Shown here: piece after piece, positions 47,401 through 57,343 of the stretch
Layout: each line of letters opens with the position of its first letter
Position numbering within the stretch: position 1 is the stretch's first letter
Origin: Candidatus Micrarchaeota archaeon
GTDB taxonomy: Archaea > Micrarchaeota > Micrarchaeia > Anstonellales > Bilamarchaeaceae
Direction: 5' to 3'
Length of the DNA stretch: 64,000 nt
Assembly (NCBI GenBank): GCA_038046765.1
Contig: JBBSVN010000011.1
Span: 1,152 to 65,151 of the forward strand
Translations under genes and position numbers: made by a program
The notes under the pieces: model-generated
Databases searched by the model: none
Told to the model about the DNA's origin: nothing
The model's input: the letters and a program-made list of their open reading frames with translations, nothing else

Positions 47401-49038
47401 ATGTCCGACAATAAACTAAAAAATAAAAATGCTCAAAATGAAGTTGGTGCAGAACATACATTTCATGGCCAGGGAACAGTTAAATTTATTGAAAAAGAAA
47501 CCAAAAAAGTTGATGTCTGGCGTGTTAAACCTTATATGTGCAAAACAAAAATTATTGATATAAAGACTGGCACAAGAGTCGTTATGCTTAATGAAACTGA
47601 AGCAAAGGAGCACGATATTTATTCTGGTTTTAGAACTGAAATCGAATATGATCATAGCAAATATGTTGCAATTGTCGATACTACAAAAGAGCTCGTGCAA
47701 CCTGGTGAAATAGGTATTTTTTCTGATACTGCGGATGAATTAGGGATAAAAAAAGGTCAGAAAATTAATGTCTTACATATGAATCGTCCATCTTCACTTG
47801 AGTACATCAGAAAAAAAATGGATGGGGTTAGTTTGAGTACAGAAGAAATCAATACTATAGTAAAAGACATTATGGATGGAAAACTAAGCGAAGTTGAAAC
47901 TTCAGCTTGGGTATCTTCTGTTTACATAAAAGGATTAAGTGATGATGAAATTATTTCATTAACTGATGCCACGGTAAATTCGGGCGAACAACTAAACTTA
48001 GGAAAAGGTCCTATTTGCGATAAACATTGCGTTGGCGGAGTCGCCGGTAATCGTACTACTATGGTTATTGTTCCAATAATTGCGGCAGCTAAAGCATATA
48101 TTCCAAAAACATCGTCTCGGTCTATTACTAGTGCCGCAGGTACTGCAGATACGATGGAAGTTCTAGCTGATGTTACATTTAATATTGATGAACTCAAAAG
48201 TATCGTAAAAAAATCTTATGGATGCATTGTCTGGGGAGGCGGATTAAAACTCGCTCCTGTAGATGATAAATTAATTAGAATAAGGCATCCGCTTTCACTA
48301 GACCCTGAAGGGATGCTTTTAGCTAGTATTTTAGGAAAGAAAAAAAGCGTTGGGGCGCAGTATGTAATAATCGATATTCCTGTTGGTCGAAGTGCGAAAG
48401 TTCCATTTATCGAACGCGGTCAAGAATTAGCCAAACATTTTTTAAAAATTGGCGACCGAATCGGAATGAAAATTGAGGCATTAATTACCGATGGTGCTGA
48501 ACCTGTTGGAAATGGAATCGGTCCTGGTTTAGAATGTCGCGATGTATTTGAAGTTTTAGAAGGAAAAGGGCCAGAAGATTTAAGGCATAAAAGCTGTATG
48601 ATGGCTGGAAAACTGCTTGAATTATCTGGTAAATGTGAAAAAAACCTGGGTTATGATATTGCAGCTAATCTTATTGACAATGGAAAAGCATTATCTAAAA
48701 TGCGTGAAATTGTCGAACTTCAAGGCGGCAGTAAAACTGTAAAATCAAATGACATGCCTATTGGAAAATACACTTATGATTTTACTGCATCGCAAAGCGG
48801 TCAGATATTCCATATTGACAATAAAACGATGTCTAAAATTGCCCGAATTGCGGGAGCACCAACCGATAAAGGCGCAGGTGTTTATCTATATAAAGTTCGA
48901 GGAGATCGAGTAGACAAAGGACAAAAAGTCTTTACAATACACGCAGAGAGCGAACAAAAACTAGGTTTTGCAATAAAAGCCTTAAGCGCCTTAGAACCGA
49001 TTGAAATGAGAAAGATGCTACTTGGGACGATGGTTTAA
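47401..49038 (+). CDS. deoA: AMP phosphorylase / thymidine phosphorylase family protein
   Basis: DKHCVGGVAGNRTT, SSRSITSAAGTADTME, GPGLECRD motifs. The extra N-terminal domain is typical of archaeal AMP phosphorylase. Confidence 0.85.
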   Translation: MSDNKLKNKNAQNEVGAEHTFHGQGTVKFIEKETKKVDVWRVKPYMCKTKIIDIKTGTRVVMLNETEAKEHDIYSGFRTEIEYDHSKYVAIVDTTKELVQPGEIGIFSDTADELGIKKGQKINVLHMNRPSSLEYIRKKMDGVSLSTEEINTIVKDIMDGKLSEVETSAWVSSVYIKGLSDDEIISLTDATVNSGEQLNLGKGPICDKHCVGGVAGNRTTMVIVPIIAAAKAYIPKTSSRSITSAAGTADTMEVLADVTFNIDELKSIVKKSYGCIVWGGGLKLAPVDDKLIRIRHPLSLDPEGMLLASILGKKKSVGAQYVIIDIPVGRSAKVPFIERGQELAKHFLKIGDRIGMKIEALITDGAEPVGNGIGPGLECRDVFEVLEGKGPEDLRHKSCMMAGKLLELSGKCEKNLGYDIAANLIDNGKALSKMREIVELQGGSKTVKSNDMPIGKYTYDFTASQSGQIFHIDNKTMSKIARIAGAPTDKGAGVYLYKVRGDRVDKGQKVFTIHAESEQKLGFAIKALSALEPIEMRKMLLGTMV

Positions 49039-49046
49039 TCTTTTGG

Positions 49047-49826
49047 TTAATCTGTTCGTTTGAATCTTTCTTCCTTTCTTCTTTTTTGATCTAATCTTGT
49101 TTCTGTATCTACTCTTGCCATTGCAACTCGAGTATATGTAAGCTCGCTAAATACCATGCCAAACTCAAGACCTTTTTGACGCATCTTTCCTCTAAGTAAT
49201 TCCCTTAATTTAACGATTGTGCTAGAATATTCAAATTCTGTTGGTATATCTGCAGAACTTAATCTTACTAAATTAATTAAGATATCAATTCCATTTTTCT
49301 TGCACCATCTAATTGCAACAAATTCGTCGAATTTGTTTCGATCTAACAAAGAAGCTTCAATTGAAGAAGCAAGAAGTTTTATCTGGCCAATACTGCAATC
49401 TTTCTCAGTTATACTCTTTCTTTTTTTTGTAGCCAATTCAAAATGTATTGCCTCGTCAACTACTAGTTTACCCATCCCAAGGCGAAGTCCCTTTTCTTCA
49501 AGCGCAGGTAAAACTAACTTTTCTGTTCTTGGTCCAAAGAATCCGGGGAGTTTGTCGCGTGCATCTTGTACATCTCTAATTATCGTGACAAATGATTTGA
49601 CGTCCGTTATTCCTGCTCTTTTACAAGCTGCAATCAATTGTTCCTGATTCGACTGAGTCATACCTTTTAAATCGCGAACAAATCTTTCAATCGGTATGCT
49701 AAGTGCTGATTCTAAACTGGCTAATTCATGGGCTTGTGGTTTGATCATTAGGTTCGCAGGGAAGGCCGGCATTTTTTCTTTAGTTTTTCCTCTTGTGCTA
49801 TAAGTTAGGCTAGTCATAAATATCAC
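49047..49826 (-). CDS. Hypothetical protein (259 aa)
   Basis: ORF only. Internally repetitive helical segments. Basic C-terminus. Confidence 0.45.
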   Translation of the reverse strand: MIFMTSLTYSTRGKTKEKMPAFPANLMIKPQAHELASLESALSIPIERFVRDLKGMTQSNQEQLIAACKRAGITDVKSFVTIIRDVQDARDKLPGFFGPRTEKLVLPALEEKGLRLGMGKLVVDEAIHFELATKKRKSITEKDCSIGQIKLLASSIEASLLDRNKFDEFVAIRWCKKNGIDILINLVRLSSADIPTEFEYSSTIVKLRELLRGKMRQKGLEFGMVFSELTYTRVAMARVDTETRLDQKRRKEERFKRTD

Positions 49827-49828
49827 AT

Positions 49829-49860
49829 GTTTAGTATTCGAATAGTTTAGTATTAGAATA
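49829..49860. promoter_or_regulatory. Tandem 16-bp direct repeat just upstream of the 49047-49826 gene
   Basis: gtttagtattcgaata followed by gtttagtattagaata (15/16 identical), beginning 3 nt upstream of the minus-strand start codon. Confidence 0.4.
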
Positions 49861-49951
49861 AGGTATAATCTGTTTTTTAAATATGCGCTTTTAAACTTTA
49901 TTAATCACAAAATGGTAAAAAAAGAAAACTCAGAAAAATTATGCTAATTAT

Positions 49952-50596
49952 TTATGCTTCTGCCTTCTGATATGCATAATGTACTCGGTGTACAAATGTA
50001 ATAATCGAAAGCACCGCAGTTAGAAACAAGTCCGTTAAGAACAAGTTCGAGTATCCGAACACAAAGAACATAAGTGCAAGCAATAGAAGTATGCTTCTTT
50101 CTGTTCTTTCGAGTATTCCTGGCATACATAATGCTTCGTTGTGTTTTATTATTTGGGAGTGCTCTGCATACGCTTTTACAAACGCAGTCATAACTGTTCC
50201 GAAAAATAGTATTGCTAAAAGTAATAACTGTGTTGTGGAATCAGTCGTAAATTTAAATAAAGCCAATATCAGGAAAAATTCAACTAATCTGTCGCTTATT
50301 CCATCTAAAAATGCGCCCTTTTTGCTAACTAGATTTTTTTCTCTTGCAACTGCTCCATCGATCGCATCAAACAAAAACGCCAATAAGAATAAAGAAAGTG
50401 CGTAGTACTTTGCAATGTTGTCAAGTGGGTTAAAAATAACATAACCAAGCAGCGCGAGAATTACACTAAGTATTGTAATCGCGGTTGGGTGTAATGGTAC
50501 CCATGCAAATATTTTTCCTAAAATTCCAGAAGTTTTTTTTGCTGCATCCGATGATTTTAACATAAAATCAAAACACCTGTGTTGTATAATAATCAA
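49952..50596 (-). CDS. CDP-alcohol phosphatidyltransferase (archaetidylinositol-phosphate synthase-like)
   Basis: DAIDGAVAREKNLVSKKGAFLDGISDR matches DG-x2-AR-x8-G-x3-D-x3-D. Multi-TM. 4-nt overlap with the upstream inositol-phosphate synthase gene. Confidence 0.8.
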   Translation of the reverse strand: MIIIQHRCFDFMLKSSDAAKKTSGILGKIFAWVPLHPTAITILSVILALLGYVIFNPLDNIAKYYALSLFLLAFLFDAIDGAVAREKNLVSKKGAFLDGISDRLVEFFLILALFKFTTDSTTQLLLLAILFFGTVMTAFVKAYAEHSQIIKHNEALCMPGILERTERSILLLLALMFFVFGYSNLFLTDLFLTAVLSIITFVHRVHYAYQKAEA

Positions 50597-51711
50597 TCAT
50601 TTCGTTTGCCATTTATAAAATCTTCTAGCGCTTGCTTTGCCTCACTATCCGTCATTTGTAGTGGTGGATGCTTCATTAAATATGCGCTCGCGGAGACAAG
50701 TGGACCTCCAATCTTGCGGTCAAGTGCAATTCTCGCACATCTTATTGCATCAACAACAATGCCTGCACTGTTTGCTTTATCATCAACTTCCAATCGAACT
50801 TCCATGTTGTATGGCATATTAGCCCACATTCGTCCTTCTATGCGCATGAACATTAATTTTGTGTTTCCTAAAAATGGGACAAAATCGCTTGGACCAACAT
50901 ATATCTTATCATCTGGCAAACGCTCCGAAAGTTGTGACTGTACGCTTTCAGTTTTTGATATTTTTTTACTAACCAGTCTATCCTGCTCTTTCATATTTAA
51001 AAAATCGGTGTTTCCTCCAACATTAATTTGGTATGTTTTTTCAATTTTTGTTCCACGCGCGTCGCAGAGTTTAGCTAAAGTTCGGTGGACAATTGTTGCC
51101 CCAACTTGCCCCTTTATGTCATCACCAACTACGGGTATATTAGCATTCTTGAATTTTGCGCCCCAAATCTGGTCTGAAGCTATAAATGAGGGCATACAAT
51201 CTACAAATGCGATTCCTGTATCCAGACAAATCTGTGCCCAGAATTTTGTTGCCTTCTCTGAACCAACTGGTAAATATGAAACTAAAATTTCCGCGCCACT
51301 ACTTTTGAGTACGGCCTTTATCTGCGAAGTTAGTTCCTCATCTGTCTTTGTGCTTTTTATGGGGTTAATTTTATTTTCTACCCAAAGACCTACGCCATCT
51401 AAAATTGGTGATTCATATACTAATGCATCTGTTTTTGGCATTTTTTCCTGAGGTATCCAGTTGATCATGTTTGGTTCCTGATAAATCGCTTCATTTATTT
51501 TCTTACCTATCTTATTTTCTCCAACATCAAATCCGCAAACAAATTGGATGTCATGTATTGTATAACCTCCAACTTTTTCGTGCATTATACCAATAACTTG
51601 CTGCGAAGGGTTCTGCCTGTAATATTCTATGCCCTGAATTAAACCCGAAAAACAGTTTCCAACTCCCACAACTGCGCATTTAATTTTTTTATTATTTTTA
51701 GTGTTATTCAT
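50593..51711 (-). CDS. ino1: myo-Inositol-1-phosphate synthase (archaeal short form)
   Basis: VVGVGNC (NAD site), GATIVHRTLAKL, INVGGNTDFLNM, SKKISKTESV. GGAGGG Shine-Dalgarno sequence upstream. Confidence 0.88.
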   Translation of the reverse strand: MNNTKNNKKIKCAVVGVGNCFSGLIQGIEYYRQNPSQQVIGIMHEKVGGYTIHDIQFVCGFDVGENKIGKKINEAIYQEPNMINWIPQEKMPKTDALVYESPILDGVGLWVENKINPIKSTKTDEELTSQIKAVLKSSGAEILVSYLPVGSEKATKFWAQICLDTGIAFVDCMPSFIASDQIWGAKFKNANIPVVGDDIKGQVGATIVHRTLAKLCDARGTKIEKTYQINVGGNTDFLNMKEQDRLVSKKISKTESVQSQLSERLPDDKIYVGPSDFVPFLGNTKLMFMRIEGRMWANMPYNMEVRLEVDDKANSAGIVVDAIRCARIALDRKIGGPLVSASAYLMKHPPLQMTDSEAKQALEDFINGKRND

Positions 51712-51841
51712 GTTAGTCCCTCCGATTTCTTTGATTGTGTCTTGTATTATACTAATTGTTATATATTTAATAAGTTATTAAATAGTTCCTATTTTTTCGC
51801 AGTACCTTTATCCTTTTAAATATTGTCTTATTTTGATATAC

Positions 51842-54800
51842 ATGAATTTTCATTCACCTAAATTTTATGTTTTCTTTCTATTTATACTGTTGATCAGTAC
51901 TTCTTTTTCACTAGATTTTTTTGTAAATAAATCTGTTTGTACTTATGGCGGCGTTAACGTAGGCATAAATTCCAATCAGACCATTTCACAAGTTTTAATC
52001 GATGCTGCAACTCGTGGGCTTCCGGGGGACAATATATTTATTTGTAACGAATCTGGCATGGTGTATAACGAATCTGTTTTAGTAAATTTTTCCGTGAACC
52101 TTTTTGGTACTAATCTAATTAACCCTCCCAATATAACTAATCCTGGTTCGGACTTATTTTCCGTATTCAATATTACTGTTCCTAATGTAAATTTCACTAA
52201 CTTGTCTATTAATACAAGTACGTCAAACGGTATCTCTATTATTAGTACGTATGGGACGAACATCAATAATACAAATATAACCTCCTTCAATGGAATTGGT
52301 GTCAATATCAGTTTCGCTGAAAATGTTACTTTGGGTGCAATCTACGTAAATGGTACCACTTCATACGCTATATATGTAAATAATAGTAATTCCACTTATA
52401 TCAAAAACAGTAAAATAAACAATATAACTCTAGCTGGAATTACACTTGAAAAATCCAATAATAGTTGGGTAGAAAATAATACTATGCGAAACATAAGTAA
52501 TTCTGCTGCAATTAATGTTTCAGGACTAACCAAGAACAATACCTTTGCTAATAATTCGATTTCCAATGTTTCTTATGGCATATATCTAGGTGCAACAGCC
52601 ATAAATAGTACTATTGTCAATAATACGCTTTCAAATGGTAGCTACTACGCAATTGCAGTTTATGGCGGGGGAGAAATAAATATTACTAATAACAGCATCT
52701 ACGATTTTAATGCTTCAAACTTAGGTATTGGTCTTTATGCCGTAGCAAATTCATATAAAATTCTTTTTGCGAACAATAATGTTTTCAATAGTTCTCTTTA
52801 TGGGATTCAAATTGATCAGACGACTGCCAGCATAATTGAGAATAATACGGTAGTGAATAGTACGAATGATGGGATACGTGTAAGTACAGAAACTGGTGGA
52901 AATAATCTTCTTAAAAATAATACTGTTCATAGATTTGGTAATAATGGGATTCTAATCTCAACGAGCGATAATAACCTAACTAACAATTGGATAAATGGTA
53001 CATCGGATTCTATTGGCGATGGAATTGTTATATCTGGAGTTAATCGAAACATTCTCCTGAATAATACAATTACAAATATTAGCCGAAGAGCAATATGGTT
53101 TGATGGCGCAAATCGAAGTGCAATTATTAATAATACGATATATTCAGCTGATCCTGGCCTCTACCTAAACAATGACGCAAACAATAACAACATTACCAAT
53201 AATACTATTTACAATACCACTTACGGTGCGTATCTGGACACTTTGTCTGATGTTAATAATATAACTAATAACCTGGTCAGAGATAATCAAATCGGCATTT
53301 TCCTAAATTCTGTTTTTGGCAGGTCGGGAAATGTTTTTATAATTAATAATACTCTTAACAATAACACTATCTTCGGCATAAATCTTACTTCTTCATTAAA
53401 CATTACTCTATTTAACAATGTACTCTCGAATAGTACTATCGGACTATCTGTTGGCGTCAATTCTAACAATAACAACATTACAAATAATACGGTGTATAAC
53501 AGCTCCCAAGGATTTTTATTTTTCAATAATAATAATAATACTGTTCTGAATAATACTGCAGCAAACAACACTCTTTTAGGTTTCAATTTTACTTCTGTTT
53601 TTAACAGTTCGATACAAAATAATACTGCAATAAATCTGACATACGGTTTAGTTCTTAGTAATAGCGGGAATAATTCTATAAATCGAAATACTCTTTATAA
53701 TCTTACACGCGGCATATCCTTGCAAGTAAGCGAGAATAATAGTATAACCAACAATACTGTTTCTAATAGTACAGAGTACGGCTATTATCTCTTATCAAGT
53801 AGTAACAATACTATCTCAAATAATACTGCAAAAAACCTTTCTATCTATGGTTTTGTTATTGAAAATTCAAAAGAAATTAATCTAAGTTATAACAATGCAA
53901 CTAATAATTCCCGGGCACAGTATTTTTTAATTAATTCCAACGCAACTTTTACTTCTAACAATTATGCGAGCAATGGTTCTGCGAATTCTTTAGATATTAA
54001 TCTAAGTAATTCTACATTAAGTACAAGGTCAGTAAGTGCATTAAATAATCTTACTACGGAATATCTTTCAATTACTTTTGAGCAGGCTACTAATGCCAGT
54101 TTTAAAACTATTATACGTGGTGATACGGGTATTACAATTAATGCTGATGAAGCTTGTGATAGTGGTCAATGTAATATCGTTACTACTAATGCATATGTAG
54201 TAAATATCAGTGATGTGGTTAGTGAACCAGTTATATCTCACTTGGGTATTTTTGTTGAAGCTAGTAGGATTGCAGGAATTGATACGAGTACTCTTTATAT
54301 GGCCAAATTTAGTAGTTTTTGGACCTTATCTAGTCCTGCAACTCTTAGTGCAGATACTTTGATAACTTCAAATAATCCAATAACCAGTCATGGTTATTAT
54401 GCTCCTTCAAGATATACTCCTAATCCAACTAGGGATTCTAGTTCAAGTTCATCATCAAGTAGTTCTTCACATGATGTAACTACAGAAGAACCTGCTGAAG
54501 AAACACACATCGAACAAGTGAACCAAGAAATTCCCCCTCCGGTAGAAACGAAAAACGATAGTAGCATTCCGCCCGTAGTATTAAATATCACTCCACAAAA
54601 TTTCTGCGGGGATGGTGCATGTGAATACTTTCGCGGTGAAACGATAACTACGTGCCGCAAGGATTGCGGATATTTGTGTGGTAATGGTGTCATTGATAAA
54701 GGAGAAACTTGCGATGGTAGTGATCTTGCTAGTCAAACTTGTAAAACGCAAGGTTACGGCGGAGGAACATTATACTGTAGTGGTTGTACTTCATTTTCAT

Positions 54801-55573
54801 TTAATTCATGTACTCCTCTAGTGATCCAAGATTGTAATATTTATTCTAGTTCCTTTGGTTATATTGGTCAAAATCAACTTGTCAAAATATTGGATAAACA
54901 AAACAAAGCCTGCCAGGATTATTCTGTAAAACTTGTTTCACCTGATGGAAATTTTACAAATAAAACTACTAATGAATATGGTATTGCAGACTTCCTATTA
55001 GACCAAAAAGGTATTTATAAAATCTATCTAATTGATTCAAAAGGTTACATAATTCGTGCTAGTGCCTTGGAATCTATTGAAAAGAAAGCAAGTTTAGACG
55101 AATGCGACATTACAACAGATAGCGATGCCGTTATTGGTAGTTATCATAAAATCCACTTGTCTGCAGGTGATAAACCTTGTGTTGGAGTCCTATTATCAAT
55201 AACTACTCCTAAAAAAGATATTGATACACAGAAAACTGACGAAAAAGGACAGGCAGTTATTCCATTAAAAAGTACTGGTGAATACTTGGTTTCCTTGGTA
55301 TCTTCAGATGGTAAGGTTATAAAGTCTAAAAATATCAATGTTGTATCAGTTACTACAGAAACTAAAAAAGCCAAAGAAACCAAATCAATCCTGCCTAATA
55401 TTGAATCAATACTAGTTCCATCAAAACAAACGTCCTTATCTACTATATCTAGTTCTAGTATCAACTATGGTCAAATTGTATTTGTAATCGCTACATTTTT
55501 GTTTGTTGTATTTGGCTTAAAAAGGGTTTTAGATCAAAAACCAAAAAATAAAAAATATAAATTTAACAATTAA
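51842..55573 (+). CDS. Large surface protein: parallel beta-helix (PbH1/NosD-like) repeats, Ser-run, Cys-rich modules, Ig-like domains, C-terminal TM anchor
   Basis: Signal-like N-terminus. Long array of ~22-aa repeats (NNT..N.S..GI.L..S.NN.I) dense in N-x-S/T sequons. S11 run near 54437-54469. CGDGACE..C..DC and CGNGVIDKGETCDG modules at 54601-54813. C-terminal IVFVIATFLFVVFGL plus a basic tail. ATG 51842 lies ~25 nt after a TATA-like box. Confidence 0.8.
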   Translation: MNFHSPKFYVFFLFILLISTSFSLDFFVNKSVCTYGGVNVGINSNQTISQVLIDAATRGLPGDNIFICNESGMVYNESVLVNFSVNLFGTNLINPPNITNPGSDLFSVFNITVPNVNFTNLSINTSTSNGISIISTYGTNINNTNITSFNGIGVNISFAENVTLGAIYVNGTTSYAIYVNNSNSTYIKNSKINNITLAGITLEKSNNSWVENNTMRNISNSAAINVSGLTKNNTFANNSISNVSYGIYLGATAINSTIVNNTLSNGSYYAIAVYGGGEINITNNSIYDFNASNLGIGLYAVANSYKILFANNNVFNSSLYGIQIDQTTASIIENNTVVNSTNDGIRVSTETGGNNLLKNNTVHRFGNNGILISTSDNNLTNNWINGTSDSIGDGIVISGVNRNILLNNTITNISRRAIWFDGANRSAIINNTIYSADPGLYLNNDANNNNITNNTIYNTTYGAYLDTLSDVNNITNNLVRDNQIGIFLNSVFGRSGNVFIINNTLNNNTIFGINLTSSLNITLFNNVLSNSTIGLSVGVNSNNNNITNNTVYNSSQGFLFFNNNNNTVLNNTAANNTLLGFNFTSVFNSSIQNNTAINLTYGLVLSNSGNNSINRNTLYNLTRGISLQVSENNSITNNTVSNSTEYGYYLLSSSNNTISNNTAKNLSIYGFVIENSKEINLSYNNATNNSRAQYFLINSNATFTSNNYASNGSANSLDINLSNSTLSTRSVSALNNLTTEYLSITFEQATNASFKTIIRGDTGITINADEACDSGQCNIVTTNAYVVNISDVVSEPVISHLGIFVEASRIAGIDTSTLYMAKFSSFWTLSSPATLSADTLITSNNPITSHGYYAPSRYTPNPTRDSSSSSSSSSSSHDVTTEEPAEETHIEQVNQEIPPPVETKNDSSIPPVVLNITPQNFCGDGACEYFRGETITTCRKDCGYLCGNGVIDKGETCDGSDLASQTCKTQGYGGGTLYCSGCTSFSFNSCTPLVIQDCNIYSSSFGYIGQNQLVKILDKQNKACQDYSVKLVSPDGNFTNKTTNEYGIADFLLDQKGIYKIYLIDSKGYIIRASALESIEKKASLDECDITTDSDAVIGSYHKIHLSAGDKPCVGVLLSITTPKKDIDTQKTDEKGQAVIPLKSTGEYLVSLVSSDGKVIKSKNINVVSVTTETKKAKETKSILPNIESILVPSKQTSLSTISSSSINYGQIVFVIATFLFVVFGLKRVLDQKPKNKKYKFNN

Positions 55574-55641
55574 GCCATGGTTAGTAACAAACACCTACAA
55601 ATAAACGTTATCTATTTATTTATTCTTAGTATATTATTGTT

Positions 55642-56382
55642 ATGATTCCCGAGCTTGCAGAGCTACTTAAAACATCAATTGAACAATCTTTGGAAGATAA
55701 AGTTGCCGTTGCTTTTTCTGGAGGCGTTGATAGTTCTTTAATTGCATACGTTGCAAAACAGAATTGCGAAGTAGGTCTTTTTACCTGCGGAACTCCTATT
55801 AGTGAAGATTTAGTTTACGCAGAGCGTGTAGCCTCTGCTATGAAACTACCTCTAAATAAACATATTTTTGAAGATTCACAAATACTTGGGATTTATGAAA
55901 AATGTCAAAAAATATGTCCTGGTGATTTACTTAAGGTTGAACTTTTAGTTCCTGTTTATAAAGTTTGTGAAATGGCAAAAGAAAAAGGATTTACGACTAT
56001 GCTTTTTGGTTCGGCAAGTGAAGAATTATTTGTTGGATATGAACGATATTATACTTATCTTGCAGAAGGAAAAGATTTAGATGCCATTTTAAAAGATGAA
56101 TATAAAACGCTAAAGAGCAGGGACATGAATGCTACTGAAAGAGTATGTCGTTATTTTGGAATTAAAGCTCGTTTTCCATTTTATAATAAAGATTTAGCTG
56201 ATTTTGTTTTTGCTGTTCCGCTTGAACTTCGTATGGAAGATCGTGAGTTAAAAAAAGGTTTAATTAGAGAGGCATCAAAATTGCTTGGTCTAACAGAAAT
56301 TGCGATAAATCGAAAGAAAAGAGCAATGCAGTATGGGAGCGGTATTCATAAGGTATTACTTAGGCATGAACGGAGTTTTTGA
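55642..56382 (+). CDS. PP-loop ATP pyrophosphatase (asparagine-synthase-C-terminal-domain-like)
   Basis: VAVAFSGGVDSSLIA (SGGxDS PP-loop). No glutaminase domain. Confidence 0.7.
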   Translation: MIPELAELLKTSIEQSLEDKVAVAFSGGVDSSLIAYVAKQNCEVGLFTCGTPISEDLVYAERVASAMKLPLNKHIFEDSQILGIYEKCQKICPGDLLKVELLVPVYKVCEMAKEKGFTTMLFGSASEELFVGYERYYTYLAEGKDLDAILKDEYKTLKSRDMNATERVCRYFGIKARFPFYNKDLADFVFAVPLELRMEDRELKKGLIREASKLLGLTEIAINRKKRAMQYGSGIHKVLLRHERSF

Positions 56383-56442
56383 TGCGTTTTGGGATATCGA
56401 AAGTCTTAAATAACTAACCAAACACTATCTATAACGAATTCT

Positions 56443-57261
56443 ATGGAACCAAAAACTAAAACACCTTCAAAGCTAGTTATTCCTGTTACGCGTACTGTTG
56501 CAGAACGCATTGGTGCTACTGCTTTTGCTGATAGTTTTGTTGTTGGATTACTCGAAGGAATAGAGCGTAGAGTTGCAAAAGGCGAATCAGAAGAACTTGT
56601 TATTAGCGAAACCCATGAAAGATTACGTGCATTTGGGCGTGGAATAGTAACTGGTGAATTAACTACAATGTCCTTAGGTTATAGTGTTGCACAAGTTCCA
56701 AAAGAAAAAACTTTACAAGAGCGGACTTTGGAAAATTTACGATTGTATTCTGTTGGTGTTGTTTGGGGAAAAATGCCTAAGGATAGGCTAGATTTTAGTG
56801 TAGTTTCTAGTTTTCTTGGAAGAGAAGTTCCACAAGAATTAATGGACGATTTTGGTAATCCTATAAATGTTAGAAATTATCATTACTCAGTTACACAACT
56901 AATATCTAATAAATTAAAAGAACGAGATCGTGGGGAATATCGTGGAGAAATTTTCTCTAAAAACACGGGATATGTAACCCTCCATCTCAATCCTTCTGGT
57001 GCGTTCTCATTATTTGGATTTCATGTTATGACTAATGTTCATGATCATTGCGGTAGACCAACTGACTTTACTGTTGCTATAAAATTAGATTCAAAATTCT
57101 TAAGAGATATTTTTGATTCAATACGAACAAATCCAAGATTTATCGAAGTTGTTTTCCATTTATTATTTCCTAACTTAGACATGGTTAAATTATTGATAAA
57201 AGATAAACTTGTTGTCTTATACGAAGACAATCGATTCGATTTAGTCTATCCAAACGTGTAA
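56443..57261 (+). CDS. Hypothetical protein (272 aa)
   Basis: ORF only. No recognisable motif. Confidence 0.45.
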   Translation: MEPKTKTPSKLVIPVTRTVAERIGATAFADSFVVGLLEGIERRVAKGESEELVISETHERLRAFGRGIVTGELTTMSLGYSVAQVPKEKTLQERTLENLRLYSVGVVWGKMPKDRLDFSVVSSFLGREVPQELMDDFGNPINVRNYHYSVTQLISNKLKERDRGEYRGEIFSKNTGYVTLHLNPSGAFSLFGFHVMTNVHDHCGRPTDFTVAIKLDSKFLRDIFDSIRTNPRFIEVVFHLLFPNLDMVKLLIKDKLVVLYEDNRFDLVYPNV

Positions 57262-57275
57262 TTATTTATCCAAAG

Positions 57276-57343
57276 TTTCTAACCTATAGTTCACAAATTC
57301 CTTAAAGTTTCTAACCTATAATAGAGAAACTATTTGAATTAGT
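57276..57343. repeat. Direct repeat R1 (68 nt) flanking the ATPase cassette
   Basis: The 35-nt core tttctaacctatagttcacaaattccttaaagttt (57276-57310) is identical to 58576-58610. The next ~33 nt are similar. It ends at the ATPase stop codon. Confidence 0.85.

Noticed and set aside
50579-51451. 290-aa ORF on the plus strand
   Set aside because: It is fully antisense to the inositol-1-phosphate synthase gene, which carries unmistakable family motifs.
53287-53586. Antisense ORFs inside both beta-helix genes (53287-53586 and 63751-63990) that resemble each other
   Set aside because: The similarity follows from the paralogy of the sense strands. AAT/AAC/ACT-rich sense codons read as ATT/GTT/AGT in antisense, so long stop-free hydrophobic frames arise automatically.
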